Source: a bacterium (GTDB taxonomy: Bacteria; UBA6262; WVXT01). From it: a stretch of 64,000 bases of DNA. Both the position numbers and the translations under genes were made by a program. The notes under the pieces were generated by a model. That model saw only the letters and a program-made list of their open reading frames with translations, did no database searches and was not told the origin of the DNA. Below are positions 53,768-63,374 of this stretch, one piece after another (position 1 is the stretch's first letter; each line of letters opens with the position of its first letter). The DNA lies in NCBI GenBank assembly GCA_046759165.1, contig JBHIBS010000001.1, positions 1 to 64,000 on the forward strand. Direction: 5' to 3'.

Positions 53768-53924
53768 TGACTCTTTTTCAGACTCCTTGGTCGGCGACCA
53801 TCCCGCTCGGGCAAAGTTAATTGCAGGTTGTCCCCACGTTCTTTTTGGATATCTGAGAATTCATCTGTGGATTCTGTCAATGAAGCCTCCCTTTTCGGAA
53901 GGACTCCAATTTTGAGCTGCCAGC

Positions 53925-55292
53925 CTAAATTTTCGTCAAAATTTCTTCCCCGATTTTATAGACGTCGCCGGCTCCTAATGTGAGAAGCAGATCCTGGGGG
54001 CGTACCCTTTTGACGACCTCCTCAATTAGAGCTTCTCGGTTTGAAACCAAAGTAACAGTTCCTCTCTTCTCGGCAGGGAAGGATTCCAGGATTAAGGATG
54101 AAGAGATTCCTGGAATGGGCTTCTCTCCCGCAGAATAGATATCTGTGAGCCAAATTTGGCTGACACTTTCAAAGGAGGGTCCAAATTTTTCTGCTAGGTC
54201 TCTCGTGCGCGTATACCGATGCGGCTGGAAGATAACTAACAGCCTCCTTTCTGGCCAGATCGATTTGATCGTCTCCAGAGTTACTCTTATTTCTGTGGGA
54301 TGGTGTCCATAGTCGTCTATAAACACTATATCGTTCTTTCTGGCCTTAATCTCCAGCCTTCGACTAACGCCAGTAAAATCAACAAAAGCCTTTCGAATCT
54401 TTTCAAATTCTATTCCCAGTTCAATACCGACCGCAGCTGCGCCTAGAGAGTTGATGACGTTATAAGCTCCAGGAAGGTGCAGTTTGAGCCTGCCCAGATT
54501 TCTTCCAGAAAAGCAGAGGTCAAATTCAGTGTCCATTCCTTCATACACTATATTTTCCGCATAAAAATCAAGGGTTTTCCCTCTCCCATAAGTATAATAT
54601 TTTCTCGTTATTTGAGGAATAATTGACTTGATATTCAGATCCTCACCGCAAAGGATAATAGACCCATAAAAAGGAACTTTATTTACGAACTGTATAAAAG
54701 CACTTTTGATATTATCCAAGGTTTTATAGTAATCAAGATGGTCATCGTCTATATTTGTGAGAAGGGCGATAGTGGGAGTAAGTTTGAGAAAAGAGCCGTC
54801 GCTCTCATCTGCTTCAGCCACTATGAACTCCCCCTTACCCAATTTAGCAGAAGAGCCAATATTTTTTAAACGCCCGCCAATTACTACTGTGGGATCCAAT
54901 CCACCCTCCGCCAGAACCATGGCTACAAGTGAAGTGGTCATTGTTTTTCCATGGGTACCAGCAATTGTCAGAGCATACTTCAACCTCATCAACTCGGCAA
55001 GCATCTCAGCTCGAGGAATAACTGGAATTTTAAGTTTCTTTGCTTGAACCACTTCCGGATTATCAAGGAGTACCGCGCTGGAAGTAACCACCACGTGGGC
55101 ATCTCCCACCTGTTTAGGTCTATGACCGATAAATATTTCACCGCCCAGGGATGCCAACCTCTGTGTCACCTCTGTCTGCCTGAGGTCCGACCCACTAACT
55201 TTATAGCCCAAATTTATCAGGACTTCAGCAATTCCGCTCATCCCCGAACCACCTATTCCCACCAAATGTATGTGTTGAATCTTCTTTAACAT
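53925..55292 (-). CDS. murC: UDP-N-acetylmuramate--L-alanine ligase
   Basis: GIGGSGMSGIA, GTHGKT, EADESD, DDYGHHPTE, FQPHRY. Confidence 0.98.
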   Translation of the reverse strand: MLKKIQHIHLVGIGGSGMSGIAEVLINLGYKVSGSDLRQTEVTQRLASLGGEIFIGHRPKQVGDAHVVVTSSAVLLDNPEVVQAKKLKIPVIPRAEMLAELMRLKYALTIAGTHGKTMTTSLVAMVLAEGGLDPTVVIGGRLKNIGSSAKLGKGEFIVAEADESDGSFLKLTPTIALLTNIDDDHLDYYKTLDNIKSAFIQFVNKVPFYGSIILCGEDLNIKSIIPQITRKYYTYGRGKTLDFYAENIVYEGMDTEFDLCFSGRNLGRLKLHLPGAYNVINSLGAAAVGIELGIEFEKIRKAFVDFTGVSRRLEIKARKNDIVFIDDYGHHPTEIRVTLETIKSIWPERRLLVIFQPHRYTRTRDLAEKFGPSFESVSQIWLTDIYSAGEKPIPGISSSLILESFPAEKRGTVTLVSNREALIEEVVKRVRPQDLLLTLGAGDVYKIGEEILTKI

Positions 55293-55317
55293 TCTGGTTT
55301 AGCCTTTCGACAAGCCC

Positions 55318-56397
55318 CTACATTGCTTCAATTAAATCGGCCATCCTGGTGGCTGCATCGTCAATAGACAGTCTTCTTGTATTATCGGCCATGCCCCTCA
55401 ACTCTGCCTGGTCATCAATCAAGTGGATGATGATATCAGCTAGTATCTCACCCGTTAACTGATCGTCCTCAATGAGTAGACAAGCCCCTCTCTTTGATAG
55501 AAACTCAGCATTCGTCTTCTGGTGACCAGCAGTTGCATAAGGATAGGGAATAAGAATGCTGGGTAACCCTTTTGCTATGATTTCAGCGACAGTACTTGCG
55601 CCAGAGCGGGAAATTACCAGATCACAACAGCTATAGGCATATTCCATATGGAGAAGATAAGGAAGAACACATGACGAGTAATCTCTTTTCTCGTATTCTT
55701 CTCTTATTTCCGAAAATTGCTCAATGCCCACAATGTGTATAATTTGAATCTTCTTCCTCAGCGGGGTCAAAAAATTTAATGCCTTTACTGTTGCCAGGTT
55801 TATGCTATGGGCGCCTTGACTCCCTCCAAAAACCAGGAGGTTCTTCTTGCCCTCCACCAGATTCAACTTTCTTACCCCCTCGCTTCTTGCACAACTTAAG
55901 ATGGATTTGCGAACAGGGTTTCCCGTAAGAAATGTCTTCTTAGAGGGAAAATATCTTTCGGTCTCTTTAAAACTGACCGTTATTATATTGACTATCTTGG
56001 CTAAAATTCTATTGGTCAGTCCAGGAAGAACATTTTGCTCGTGAATCGCACAAGTTATTCTAGAGATTTTAGCTGCCAGAACTACTGGGAAGGCTAAATA
56101 TCCCCCCATTCCCACAACTATATCTGGTCTGAAACATCGGAAGATCTGTATAGACTGGAAGAACCCTTGAATAAATTTTCCAAGAAAGCGGATAACTTTC
56201 AGTGAAAATCCCCTTACCAAACCTTCTCCCACAATTTGGAAGAATGAGAATCCACTTTCTTGTGCTATTCTCTCGCCAATCCCTCTCTTTTTTCCCACCA
56301 GAATAACTTCATTATTGCGTTTTCTCAACTTTTCTCCCAGTGCCAGACCTGGGTAAATGTGTCCACCCGTCCCTCCCAGAACAATCAAAATACGCAT
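55318..56397 (-). CDS. murG: MurG N-acetylglucosaminyltransferase
   Basis: GGTGGHIYP, HEQN, TGNPVR, GGSQGA, RSGAST. Confidence 0.98.
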   Translation of the reverse strand: MRILIVLGGTGGHIYPGLALGEKLRKRNNEVILVGKKRGIGERIAQESGFSFFQIVGEGLVRGFSLKVIRFLGKFIQGFFQSIQIFRCFRPDIVVGMGGYLAFPVVLAAKISRITCAIHEQNVLPGLTNRILAKIVNIITVSFKETERYFPSKKTFLTGNPVRKSILSCARSEGVRKLNLVEGKKNLLVFGGSQGAHSINLATVKALNFLTPLRKKIQIIHIVGIEQFSEIREEYEKRDYSSCVLPYLLHMEYAYSCCDLVISRSGASTVAEIIAKGLPSILIPYPYATAGHQKTNAEFLSKRGACLLIEDDQLTGEILADIIIHLIDDQAELRGMADNTRRLSIDDAATRMADLIEAM

Positions 56398-56468
56398 AAC
56401 ACCCCTCTGTGAACAAGAATCCTCGAAGTTATCCCCTTCGGGGGTTCACACCAAGATTCCTTTATAAT

Positions 56469-56526
56469 GCAGATCTTCACTCTTCAGCTACATTCATTTA
56501 CGGGTTCGATGCATCGAACCCCTACA
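56469..56526. repeat. GTAG-type REP doublet, copy 2
   Basis: GCAGATCTTCACTCTTCAGCTACA + 8 nt + CGGGTTCGATGCATCGAACCCCTACA. Confidence 0.75.
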
Positions 56527-56543
56527 TCCACTAGTTCCAGTTA

Positions 56544-57710
56544 CTATGTCTGTCTGGAAATATTGAGAAGTATTCCCACTCCCAGCAGCGAGAAGACCAG
56601 AGAAGACCCTCCATATGAGAGAAAAGGTAAGGTGATCCCTTTAGTTGGCAGACAAGCAGTAACTATACTGATATTTAAAACAGCCTGGAAGGTGATTAAA
56701 AAAGTAATTCCGGCAGCCAGTAAATTTCCGAATTGATTGGGTGCTCTTGTAGCTATACGTAGTCCCCTCCAGGCAACAAGAACGAATAGGAATACTATCA
56801 AGCTGGCACCCAAAAATCCGAGCTCTTCTCCAATTATCGGAAAAATAAAGTCCGAATAAGGCTCGGGTAGAAAGAACAATTTGGCCCTAGAAGCGCCCAA
56901 GCCTTTCCCAAAAAGACCTCCTGAGCCTAGAGCAAGAAGAGCCTGAACGGCCTGGTAGCCTATCCTCTGGGCATCAGCCCATGGATTGAGGAAGGTTAGA
57001 ATTCGCTCTCGGCGATATCCTACATGAAAAATTGCGAAATATAAAAGTGGTAGACTTAAGAGGACAAGCGAGAGAAGATGCGAAAGCCTAACTCCTCCCA
57101 TAAAGAGCATTACTAATATAACCAGTGCCAGGATAACAGCAGTCCCCAGATCTGGCTCGGCATAAACAAGTGTCAGAAACATTGCTGTTACTACTAGAAT
57201 TGGCAAAAGCCCTTTTTTGAAATTCTGGAGTTTGCTTCCTTTCCGGTCTAAAGCATCCGCCACATAGAGAATCAAACAAAATTTTGCCATCTCGGAAGGT
57301 TGAAAGCTCACCATTCCAAACTTAAGCCAGCGCTTGATTTCTCCTGACTCTACTAGCAAAACTAAAAAGAGGAGGCCCAATGAGAAAACCATAAGCGGTC
57401 GGGAAAACTTCTGCAACTTGTTATAATCAACCCTTGCTAAAGCAAGCATTAAGAATGTGCCCATTACCGTCCAGATAAACTGCTTGGTTAGAAACAGATA
57501 ACTCGTGTCGAACTTTTTATGAGATACAATTGCGCTGGCACTGAAAACCATAACCACACCTGTGAAAACCAAGAATAGAACAACCAAGAGTAGAAGAATA
57601 TCGCAGCGATGATACTCTGGTGCATATAGGCCTTTCTTTCGCTTGTATCTCGGGCTTCTAAATCCTCTGACAAATCTTCTTTTTTGAGTTCTCAGATCTC
57701 TCTTACCCAT
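56544..57710 (-). CDS. ftsW: Peptidoglycan polymerase FtsW
   Basis: MVFSAS, RW, FQPSE, EPDLG, GEELG, LPFLSYGGSS. Confidence 0.96.
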   Translation of the reverse strand: MGKRDLRTQKRRFVRGFRSPRYKRKKGLYAPEYHRCDILLLLVVLFLVFTGVVMVFSASAIVSHKKFDTSYLFLTKQFIWTVMGTFLMLALARVDYNKLQKFSRPLMVFSLGLLFLVLLVESGEIKRWLKFGMVSFQPSEMAKFCLILYVADALDRKGSKLQNFKKGLLPILVVTAMFLTLVYAEPDLGTAVILALVILVMLFMGGVRLSHLLSLVLLSLPLLYFAIFHVGYRRERILTFLNPWADAQRIGYQAVQALLALGSGGLFGKGLGASRAKLFFLPEPYSDFIFPIIGEELGFLGASLIVFLFVLVAWRGLRIATRAPNQFGNLLAAGITFLITFQAVLNISIVTACLPTKGITLPFLSYGGSSLVFSLLGVGILLNISRQT

Positions 57711-59110
57711 GTCTTGAAATCTTTTCCTCTTTCCTCAAAGTCGGAATACATATCGAAACTGGAACAGGCTGGAGAAAGGAGAATCGAGCTACCCGGCTGG
57801 CTTAAACCATAGGACAACTCTACTGCTTCCTTCATCCCATCTACCCTGTAAATGGTAGCCGAACCGATTAACTCCCTCTCTATTCTGGGAGCAGCTTGAC
57901 CCAGCAAAACAAGGGCAGCGACTTTCTCTCTAACCAAATTCGTTAATGGTCTATAAGGCGCGCCTTTATCATAGCCTCCCATGATGAGTATAATCGGGGC
58001 CTGAAATGTTTCCAGCGCCCTCTGACAAGCATCAACATTTGTCGCCTTAGAATCGTTAATAAATCTCCTCCCATCGATTTCGCGAACCATTTCCAGACGA
58101 TGTTCTATTCCTGGGAACGCCTCAATTGCTCTTCTGAGCTTATTTCTCAATATACCAAATATATTTCCCACTGCAATGGCCGCCAGAGCATTCTCTAAAT
58201 TATGGGGACCAGGGAGCCTTACATCTTCAACTGAAAGTCCATCTCTATCAGAAGGAACTTTCGCCGTCGAGTCTAAATTGGAAATTATTCTCCCTCCCTT
58301 AACAAAAACTCCTTTTCGCAAGGCTCTCTTACTACTGAAGAAAATAACTCGGGACTTCGCTTTCCGCCCTAGAATTCTACATCTCCTATCGTCTCCATTT
58401 AGAATACAGAAGTCCTTCTCTGTCTGTTTCTTAAGAATATTAGCCTTAGCCTGGGTGTACCTGCCCATTGTCTTGTGCCTATCCATGTGGTCAGGAGTTA
58501 TGTTCAAGATCACTGCCACATAGGGATGGAAAGACTTCACATTCTCTAACTGGAAACTGCTAATTTCGAGGACCAAAACAGTCCTCTTCGTAATCCGACC
58601 CACCACACTGGATAGAGGCGTGCCAATATTGCCTGCAACCATTACGTTTCTTCTTCTGTCACTCTTTAACACTGCCCCAATTAACTCGCAAGTTGTGGTT
58701 TTTCCGTTGGTTCCTGTAACAGCCACGACAGGAGGAAATGGCAAAGTTTTCCAGTCGAGCTCACCACAGGCAATATTAAATGCCACCTCTACTTCACTCA
58801 CCACAGGGATTTTCAGCTCCCTTGCCTTCTCCACCAGGGGATTTTCCTGGGGGACGCCAGGACTTATGACTACCAAGTCGCATTCAGGAACTAAATTCTT
58901 TAGTCTGACTAAATCCTGGCGACCTGGAACAATCCTTACCCCTTTTTTAAGTTTTTTTATGTTACCTGTTAATTCCCTTTTACTCTTTTCATCGGTTACT
59001 GTCACTCTGGCGCCCCGAGTGGTCAATAGATTAGCTACCGCCAAGCCACTTCGGGCCAAACCTATAACTAATACTTTCCTCCCTTGGTAATAATTTTCTG
59101 TCAGTGTCAT
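57692..59110 (-). CDS. murD: UDP-N-acetylmuramoyl-L-alanine--D-glutamate ligase
   Basis: GLARSG, SPG, TGTNGKTT, EISSFQLE, NDSKATN, SPACSSFD. Confidence 0.98.
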   Translation of the reverse strand: MTLTENYYQGRKVLVIGLARSGLAVANLLTTRGARVTVTDEKSKRELTGNIKKLKKGVRIVPGRQDLVRLKNLVPECDLVVISPGVPQENPLVEKARELKIPVVSEVEVAFNIACGELDWKTLPFPPVVAVTGTNGKTTTCELIGAVLKSDRRRNVMVAGNIGTPLSSVVGRITKRTVLVLEISSFQLENVKSFHPYVAVILNITPDHMDRHKTMGRYTQAKANILKKQTEKDFCILNGDDRRCRILGRKAKSRVIFFSSKRALRKGVFVKGGRIISNLDSTAKVPSDRDGLSVEDVRLPGPHNLENALAAIAVGNIFGILRNKLRRAIEAFPGIEHRLEMVREIDGRRFINDSKATNVDACQRALETFQAPIILIMGGYDKGAPYRPLTNLVREKVAALVLLGQAAPRIERELIGSATIYRVDGMKEAVELSYGLSQPGSSILLSPACSSFDMYSDFEERGKDFKTWVREI

Positions 59111-60192
59111 CTAAGTTTTAACGCACTTAAAGCTATTAAGGCCAAAATAATCCCCACAATCCAGAACCTGATTACTACTTTTGGCTCGGACCAACCAATC
59201 AATTCAAAGTGGTGATGCAAAGGTGCCATTTTCAAGACTCTCTTACCTCGGAGCTTAAAAGAAGCAACTTGCAGAATCACTGATAGCGCTTCGACCACAA
59301 AAATTCCTCCGACAATGACCAAGAGAAGTTCTTGTTTAATGATCAGGGCAACGATACCAATTGTTCCCCCTAAAAAGAGGGAACCAGTGTCACCCATGAA
59401 GATCTCTGCTGGATAGCTGTTGAACCACAAGAATCCCAGACCCGCCCCTGCCATTGAACCCAGAAAGATGGAAAGCTCCCCAGCACCAGGAACCGGAACA
59501 ATGCGCAGATAACTGCTAAAATTAGCGTGGCCTGCCAAGTATGCCATCAAAGCATAGGTCATTGCAGCAATGAGGATTGAACCTACTGCCAACCCATCCA
59601 AACCATCAGTTAAATTGACTGCATTGGAGGAACCAACCACGAGTAGAATAGCAAAAAGCGCGTAAAGCCACCCAAGATTAATGAAGAAATCTTTCAAGTA
59701 TGGTATATTGAGCTGGGTTACGTATCCGGGACTGACTGGATAGTGATAAAGATGAATTACAATAATTATAGCCAAAATTGATTGCCCGAAGAGTTTATAC
59801 CTTGCTATAAGTCCCCGACTTCGCTTTTTTATCAATTTTAGATAGTCGTCAAGGAAACCCAATAGTCCCAACCAGAGAGTGGAGAGAAGAATAATTATGG
59901 TGAAGCGATTATCGAGACGAGCCCAGAGAAAGGTCGAAACAGTAAGGCTAATTAGAATGATTAATCCACCCATTGTGGGGGTTCCTGCTTTCTTCATATG
60001 GCTGGGCGGGCCATCTTCCCGTATCTGTTGACCTATATGCAATTGTTTCAATTTCTTTATTAACAGAGGTGCAAGGAATAAACTCAAAACCAAAGAGGTA
60101 AATATAGCAGCCCCAGCACGAAAAGTTATGTATTTGAAAAGATTGAAAGGGAAGAAGTACACATGTAGAGGATATAAGAGATGATAGAACAT
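59107..60192 (-). CDS. mraY: Phospho-N-acetylmuramoyl-pentapeptide transferase
   Basis: TPTMGG, DDY, NLTDGLDGL, FMGDTG, APLHHHFE. Confidence 0.98.
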   Translation of the reverse strand: MFYHLLYPLHVYFFPFNLFKYITFRAGAAIFTSLVLSLFLAPLLIKKLKQLHIGQQIREDGPPSHMKKAGTPTMGGLIILISLTVSTFLWARLDNRFTIIILLSTLWLGLLGFLDDYLKLIKKRSRGLIARYKLFGQSILAIIIVIHLYHYPVSPGYVTQLNIPYLKDFFINLGWLYALFAILLVVGSSNAVNLTDGLDGLAVGSILIAAMTYALMAYLAGHANFSSYLRIVPVPGAGELSIFLGSMAGAGLGFLWFNSYPAEIFMGDTGSLFLGGTIGIVALIIKQELLLVIVGGIFVVEALSVILQVASFKLRGKRVLKMAPLHHHFELIGWSEPKVVIRFWIVGIILALIALSALKLR

Positions 60193-60217
60193 TTACTCTC
60201 CAGATAACGACCTCAAA

Positions 60218-60318
60218 GCAGACTTTCGCTCTGCCACTACATACATTTACGGGTGCAATCAATCCAACCCCTACAGGAAGTATGTAGTTTCTTAGCAGAG
60301 TTTTGCTCTGCCGCTACA
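60218..60318. repeat. GTAG-type REP doublet, copy 3, plus an extra unit overlapping the murF 3' end
   Basis: GCAGACTTTCGCTCTGCCACTACA + 8 nt + CGGGTGCAATCAATCCAACCCCTACA; GCAGAGTTTTGCTCTGCCGCTACA at 60295-60318. Confidence 0.8.
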
Positions 60319-61716
60319 TTCTTTCCTATAACAGCAAAGTGTAAGGTATTTCGTAACTTCCTCTAATCCCATCTTGCGAGACCCTTTAATCAGCACTGCA
60401 TCCTTTGCCTTCAGCAATTCCTTCAGTTTCCTAGAGGCAAATTTCTTATCCTTAAAAGAGAATATATTGCTCCTTTCCATTCCCCACTCACGAGCACCCC
60501 GAGCGATAAATCGGGCATCCTCTCCTATCGTGATTAAGCTATAGATTGGGCTGGTAGCCACTATCTTGCCAATCTCCTGATGAAATTTTCGACTCATCGT
60601 GCCCAATTCCAACATATCGCCCAAAACGACTATTTTCCGCTGGGAGGGAAAAGAGGAAATAAGTTCGCTTAATGCAGCTTTTACAGAAGTGGGATTAGCA
60701 TTATAAGCGTCGTTAATGATTGTGACCTTACCATATTTCAACTTTTCCATCCTCAGCTTGGGAAATTTGAATTCCCTAAGCACATCAGCCATCAAGGGAA
60801 GGGAGATGTCAAACTCTTTAGCAACGCTTATGGCAGCCAATGCATTATAAATGTTGTAACGTCCTAAACAGTATAAATCAAATTCCTTTCTATCTCTCCC
60901 CACGTGGACGGTGAAAGAAAGTTTTTCCTTCCCCCAGGACCTACTTCCCACAACATCACTCGCCCGCACATCAGCCTGCCGGTTTGTTCCAAAAGTAATT
61001 ATTTCCCGTTTTATCCTTTTAAACTGGTTCCTCAAATGGAAATCATCAATATTTAACACGACTTTCCCTTGCGGAGGCAGAAGTTGAACAAGTTCCATTT
61101 TACCAGAAAGCACATTAGAAATGCAACGGAAAAATTGGAGGTGGGTGGGACCGATGTTGGTAATTACCCCAATTTGTGGTAGGGAAATCTCCGCCAATCT
61201 CTTAATCTCCCCGGCGTGGTTGGCTCCCATTTCCACAACCAGAAACTCCGCCTCAGGAAAAATCCCGAAAAGGGTCAAGGGAAGACCAACTATATTGTTG
61301 TAGTTACCAGTAGTGGCTATCACTTTATACTTCGATAAGAGGAGCGCCTTCAACATATCCTTCGTTGTCGTCTTACCATTGCTGCCAGTTACTCCCACAA
61401 CCACAGGATTGAACTTCTGACGATAAAACTTGGCCAATTCTTGCAGGGCAGTCAAGGTATGGGCTACTCTTATAATCGCTATTCTAGTAGCCAGTCTTTT
61501 CTTCCTAGAAACAACCACCGCCTTTGCACCCTTTTCTATCGCCTCCTCGAGAAAATCGTGGCCATCGAACCTTTCTCCTTTCAGCGCAAAGAAGATTTCT
61601 CCCTTCTTTATAGTGCGACTGTCAATGGAGACACCTGAAATTTCTCCTCGCTGACTTCCACAAATTAATTCACCCCGGACGGCTCTTATTACCTCCCTTA
61701 TAGTAAGTCTTTCCAT
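60292..61716 (-). CDS. murF: UDP-N-acetylmuramoyl-tripeptide--D-alanyl-D-alanine ligase
   Basis: DSR, DGHDF, TGSNGKTTTK, EMG, DAYNANP, GDMLELG, KGSR. Confidence 0.97.
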   Translation of the reverse strand: MERLTIREVIRAVRGELICGSQRGEISGVSIDSRTIKKGEIFFALKGERFDGHDFLEEAIEKGAKAVVVSRKKRLATRIAIIRVAHTLTALQELAKFYRQKFNPVVVGVTGSNGKTTTKDMLKALLLSKYKVIATTGNYNNIVGLPLTLFGIFPEAEFLVVEMGANHAGEIKRLAEISLPQIGVITNIGPTHLQFFRCISNVLSGKMELVQLLPPQGKVVLNIDDFHLRNQFKRIKREIITFGTNRQADVRASDVVGSRSWGKEKLSFTVHVGRDRKEFDLYCLGRYNIYNALAAISVAKEFDISLPLMADVLREFKFPKLRMEKLKYGKVTIINDAYNANPTSVKAALSELISSFPSQRKIVVLGDMLELGTMSRKFHQEIGKIVATSPIYSLITIGEDARFIARGAREWGMERSNIFSFKDKKFASRKLKELLKAKDAVLIKGSRKMGLEEVTKYLTLCCYRKECSGRAKLC

Positions 61717-61717
61717 A

Positions 61718-63235
61718 CTATTCCTTGTTAAATTTCATTTCTTCCAAAAGAATCTTCCTGGCAACTTCACGGTCATCGAAGTGAACTCTTCTGTCCTTAA
61801 AGATCTGGTAGTCCTCATGTCCTTTCCCGGCAATTACGACCAAATCGCCCTTTTCCCCCATGGACAATGCCTTCTCGATCGCTTGAAACCTATCGATGAT
61901 AGTCTGATAATTACTCTTCCCTTTCCTCTTTATTCCTACTTCAATGTCGAGAGCTATCCGCTCAGGATCTTCACTCCGGGGATTATCCGACGTGACAATG
62001 ACATAATCACTAAGATCAATGGCTACCTCACCCATCAGAGGTCTCTTCCCCCGATCCCGATCACCCCCGCAACCAAAAACAGTAATGATTCGCCTGGGCT
62101 TTAACTCCCCGCAGGCGTCCAAAAGCCTCCTCAAAGCTTCATCGGTATGAGCATAATCGACTATCACTGCAAATGGCTGCCCACAATCAATTCTCTGGAA
62201 CCTTCCAGGAATGGAAGAGACTTTTTCCAATCCACGCTTAATAATGCCCAAACTTATGCCTTGACCTAGGGCAATAGTACTTGCAGCTAAAGCGTTATAT
62301 ACATTATATTTTCCAGTTAGAGGTAAAACAATCTTCACTTCCCCTGTTGGGGACACGAGAGTAAAGGTAGTCTTATCCAGATTCAATTTTATGCTCTTTG
62401 CTACAACCTCGGCCTTCTTTTCAATACCATAGGTGATTATCTTTGCCTCTGTCGATTGGATAATTTTCTCTGTTGAGGAGTCGTCTAGATTCAAAACCGC
62501 TAGTTTCTCCCTTTCTTTCCGAGCATTCTTTCCCAGAATGGAGAACAGTTTAATCTTTGCTCTCAAATACTCCTCCATACTCTTATGAAAATCGAGATGT
62601 TCGCGACTCAAGTTAGTAAATAGAGCACTATCGAACTCACATCCTTCCACTCTATCTAAACTCAAGGCATGGGAAGAGACTTCTATAACTACTGTAGTGA
62701 ATTCTTCATTTACCAACTTTCGCAGTATTTGCTGCAGGTCGGAGGATTGGGGAGTGGTAATCGGGGCAGGGAATATTTTCTCTCCAAGTCGATAAGCAAT
62801 CGTACCCAGGACTCCCACTTTTGCTCCATTCTCTTTGAAGATGGCCTCGGTGAGATAACTGACTGTCGTTTTACCGTTGGTACCAGTTATCCCGATTATG
62901 TTTAATTTATCGGAAGGATAATTATAGAAGAAGGTGGCAAACTTTGCCAGAGCTAAGCGGGGATTCTCGACCACAATTTGAGTAGCGGAGCCTCCCCACC
63001 TGGAGGGTTTTGCCAATCCTTCTATTCTTTTAGAAGAAACAATTACTGAAGCCCCTGCTTCCAGAGCCTGTGGGATATAAGAATTCCCATCCTCTCTATA
63101 ACCAGAAATAGCCACAAAGATGTAGCCTGGTTTAACTTGGCGGGAATCGTAGGTTATCCCTTCTATAGAAAGTTCTGCTGAGCCGTGTACTTCTTTAGCA
63201 CCTATCGGCGGTAATAGGTCGTTTAGCCGGACCAT
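61718..63235 (-). CDS. murE: MurE ligase, meso-DAP type
   Basis: TGTNGKTT, EVSSH, DYAHT, GCGGDRD, DNPR (DAP specificity), GKGHE. Confidence 0.97.
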   Translation of the reverse strand: MVRLNDLLPPIGAKEVHGSAELSIEGITYDSRQVKPGYIFVAISGYREDGNSYIPQALEAGASVIVSSKRIEGLAKPSRWGGSATQIVVENPRLALAKFATFFYNYPSDKLNIIGITGTNGKTTVSYLTEAIFKENGAKVGVLGTIAYRLGEKIFPAPITTPQSSDLQQILRKLVNEEFTTVVIEVSSHALSLDRVEGCEFDSALFTNLSREHLDFHKSMEEYLRAKIKLFSILGKNARKEREKLAVLNLDDSSTEKIIQSTEAKIITYGIEKKAEVVAKSIKLNLDKTTFTLVSPTGEVKIVLPLTGKYNVYNALAASTIALGQGISLGIIKRGLEKVSSIPGRFQRIDCGQPFAVIVDYAHTDEALRRLLDACGELKPRRIITVFGCGGDRDRGKRPLMGEVAIDLSDYVIVTSDNPRSEDPERIALDIEVGIKRKGKSNYQTIIDRFQAIEKALSMGEKGDLVVIAGKGHEDYQIFKDRRVHFDDREVARKILLEEMKFNKE

Positions 63236-63255
63236 TCCTATAACCTGTATATGAG

Positions 63256-63367
63256 ATCTTGCCTAAGCAAAGATATTCCTCCCTTTCGCGAGGAATCCAG
63301 CGCAAAGCCTGGAGTCTTCCCCTAGAGCGGGGACCAATATAAGTTGCCTTCTCGGGCGGATTCCTAC
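63256..63367. other. Cluster of five near-abutting hairpins between ftsI and murE
   Basis: ATCTTGC/GCAAAGAT, ATTCCTC/GAGGAAT, TCCAG/CTGGA, TCCCC/GGGGA, GCCT/GGGC. Confidence 0.5.
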
Positions 63368-63374
63368 ATATTAT

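Noticed and set aside
53674..53880. 68-aa ORF with GGGAGG RBS upstream of the acyltransferase
   Set aside because: No recognisable motif and it overlaps the next ORF; could be a decayed gene but is not supportable.
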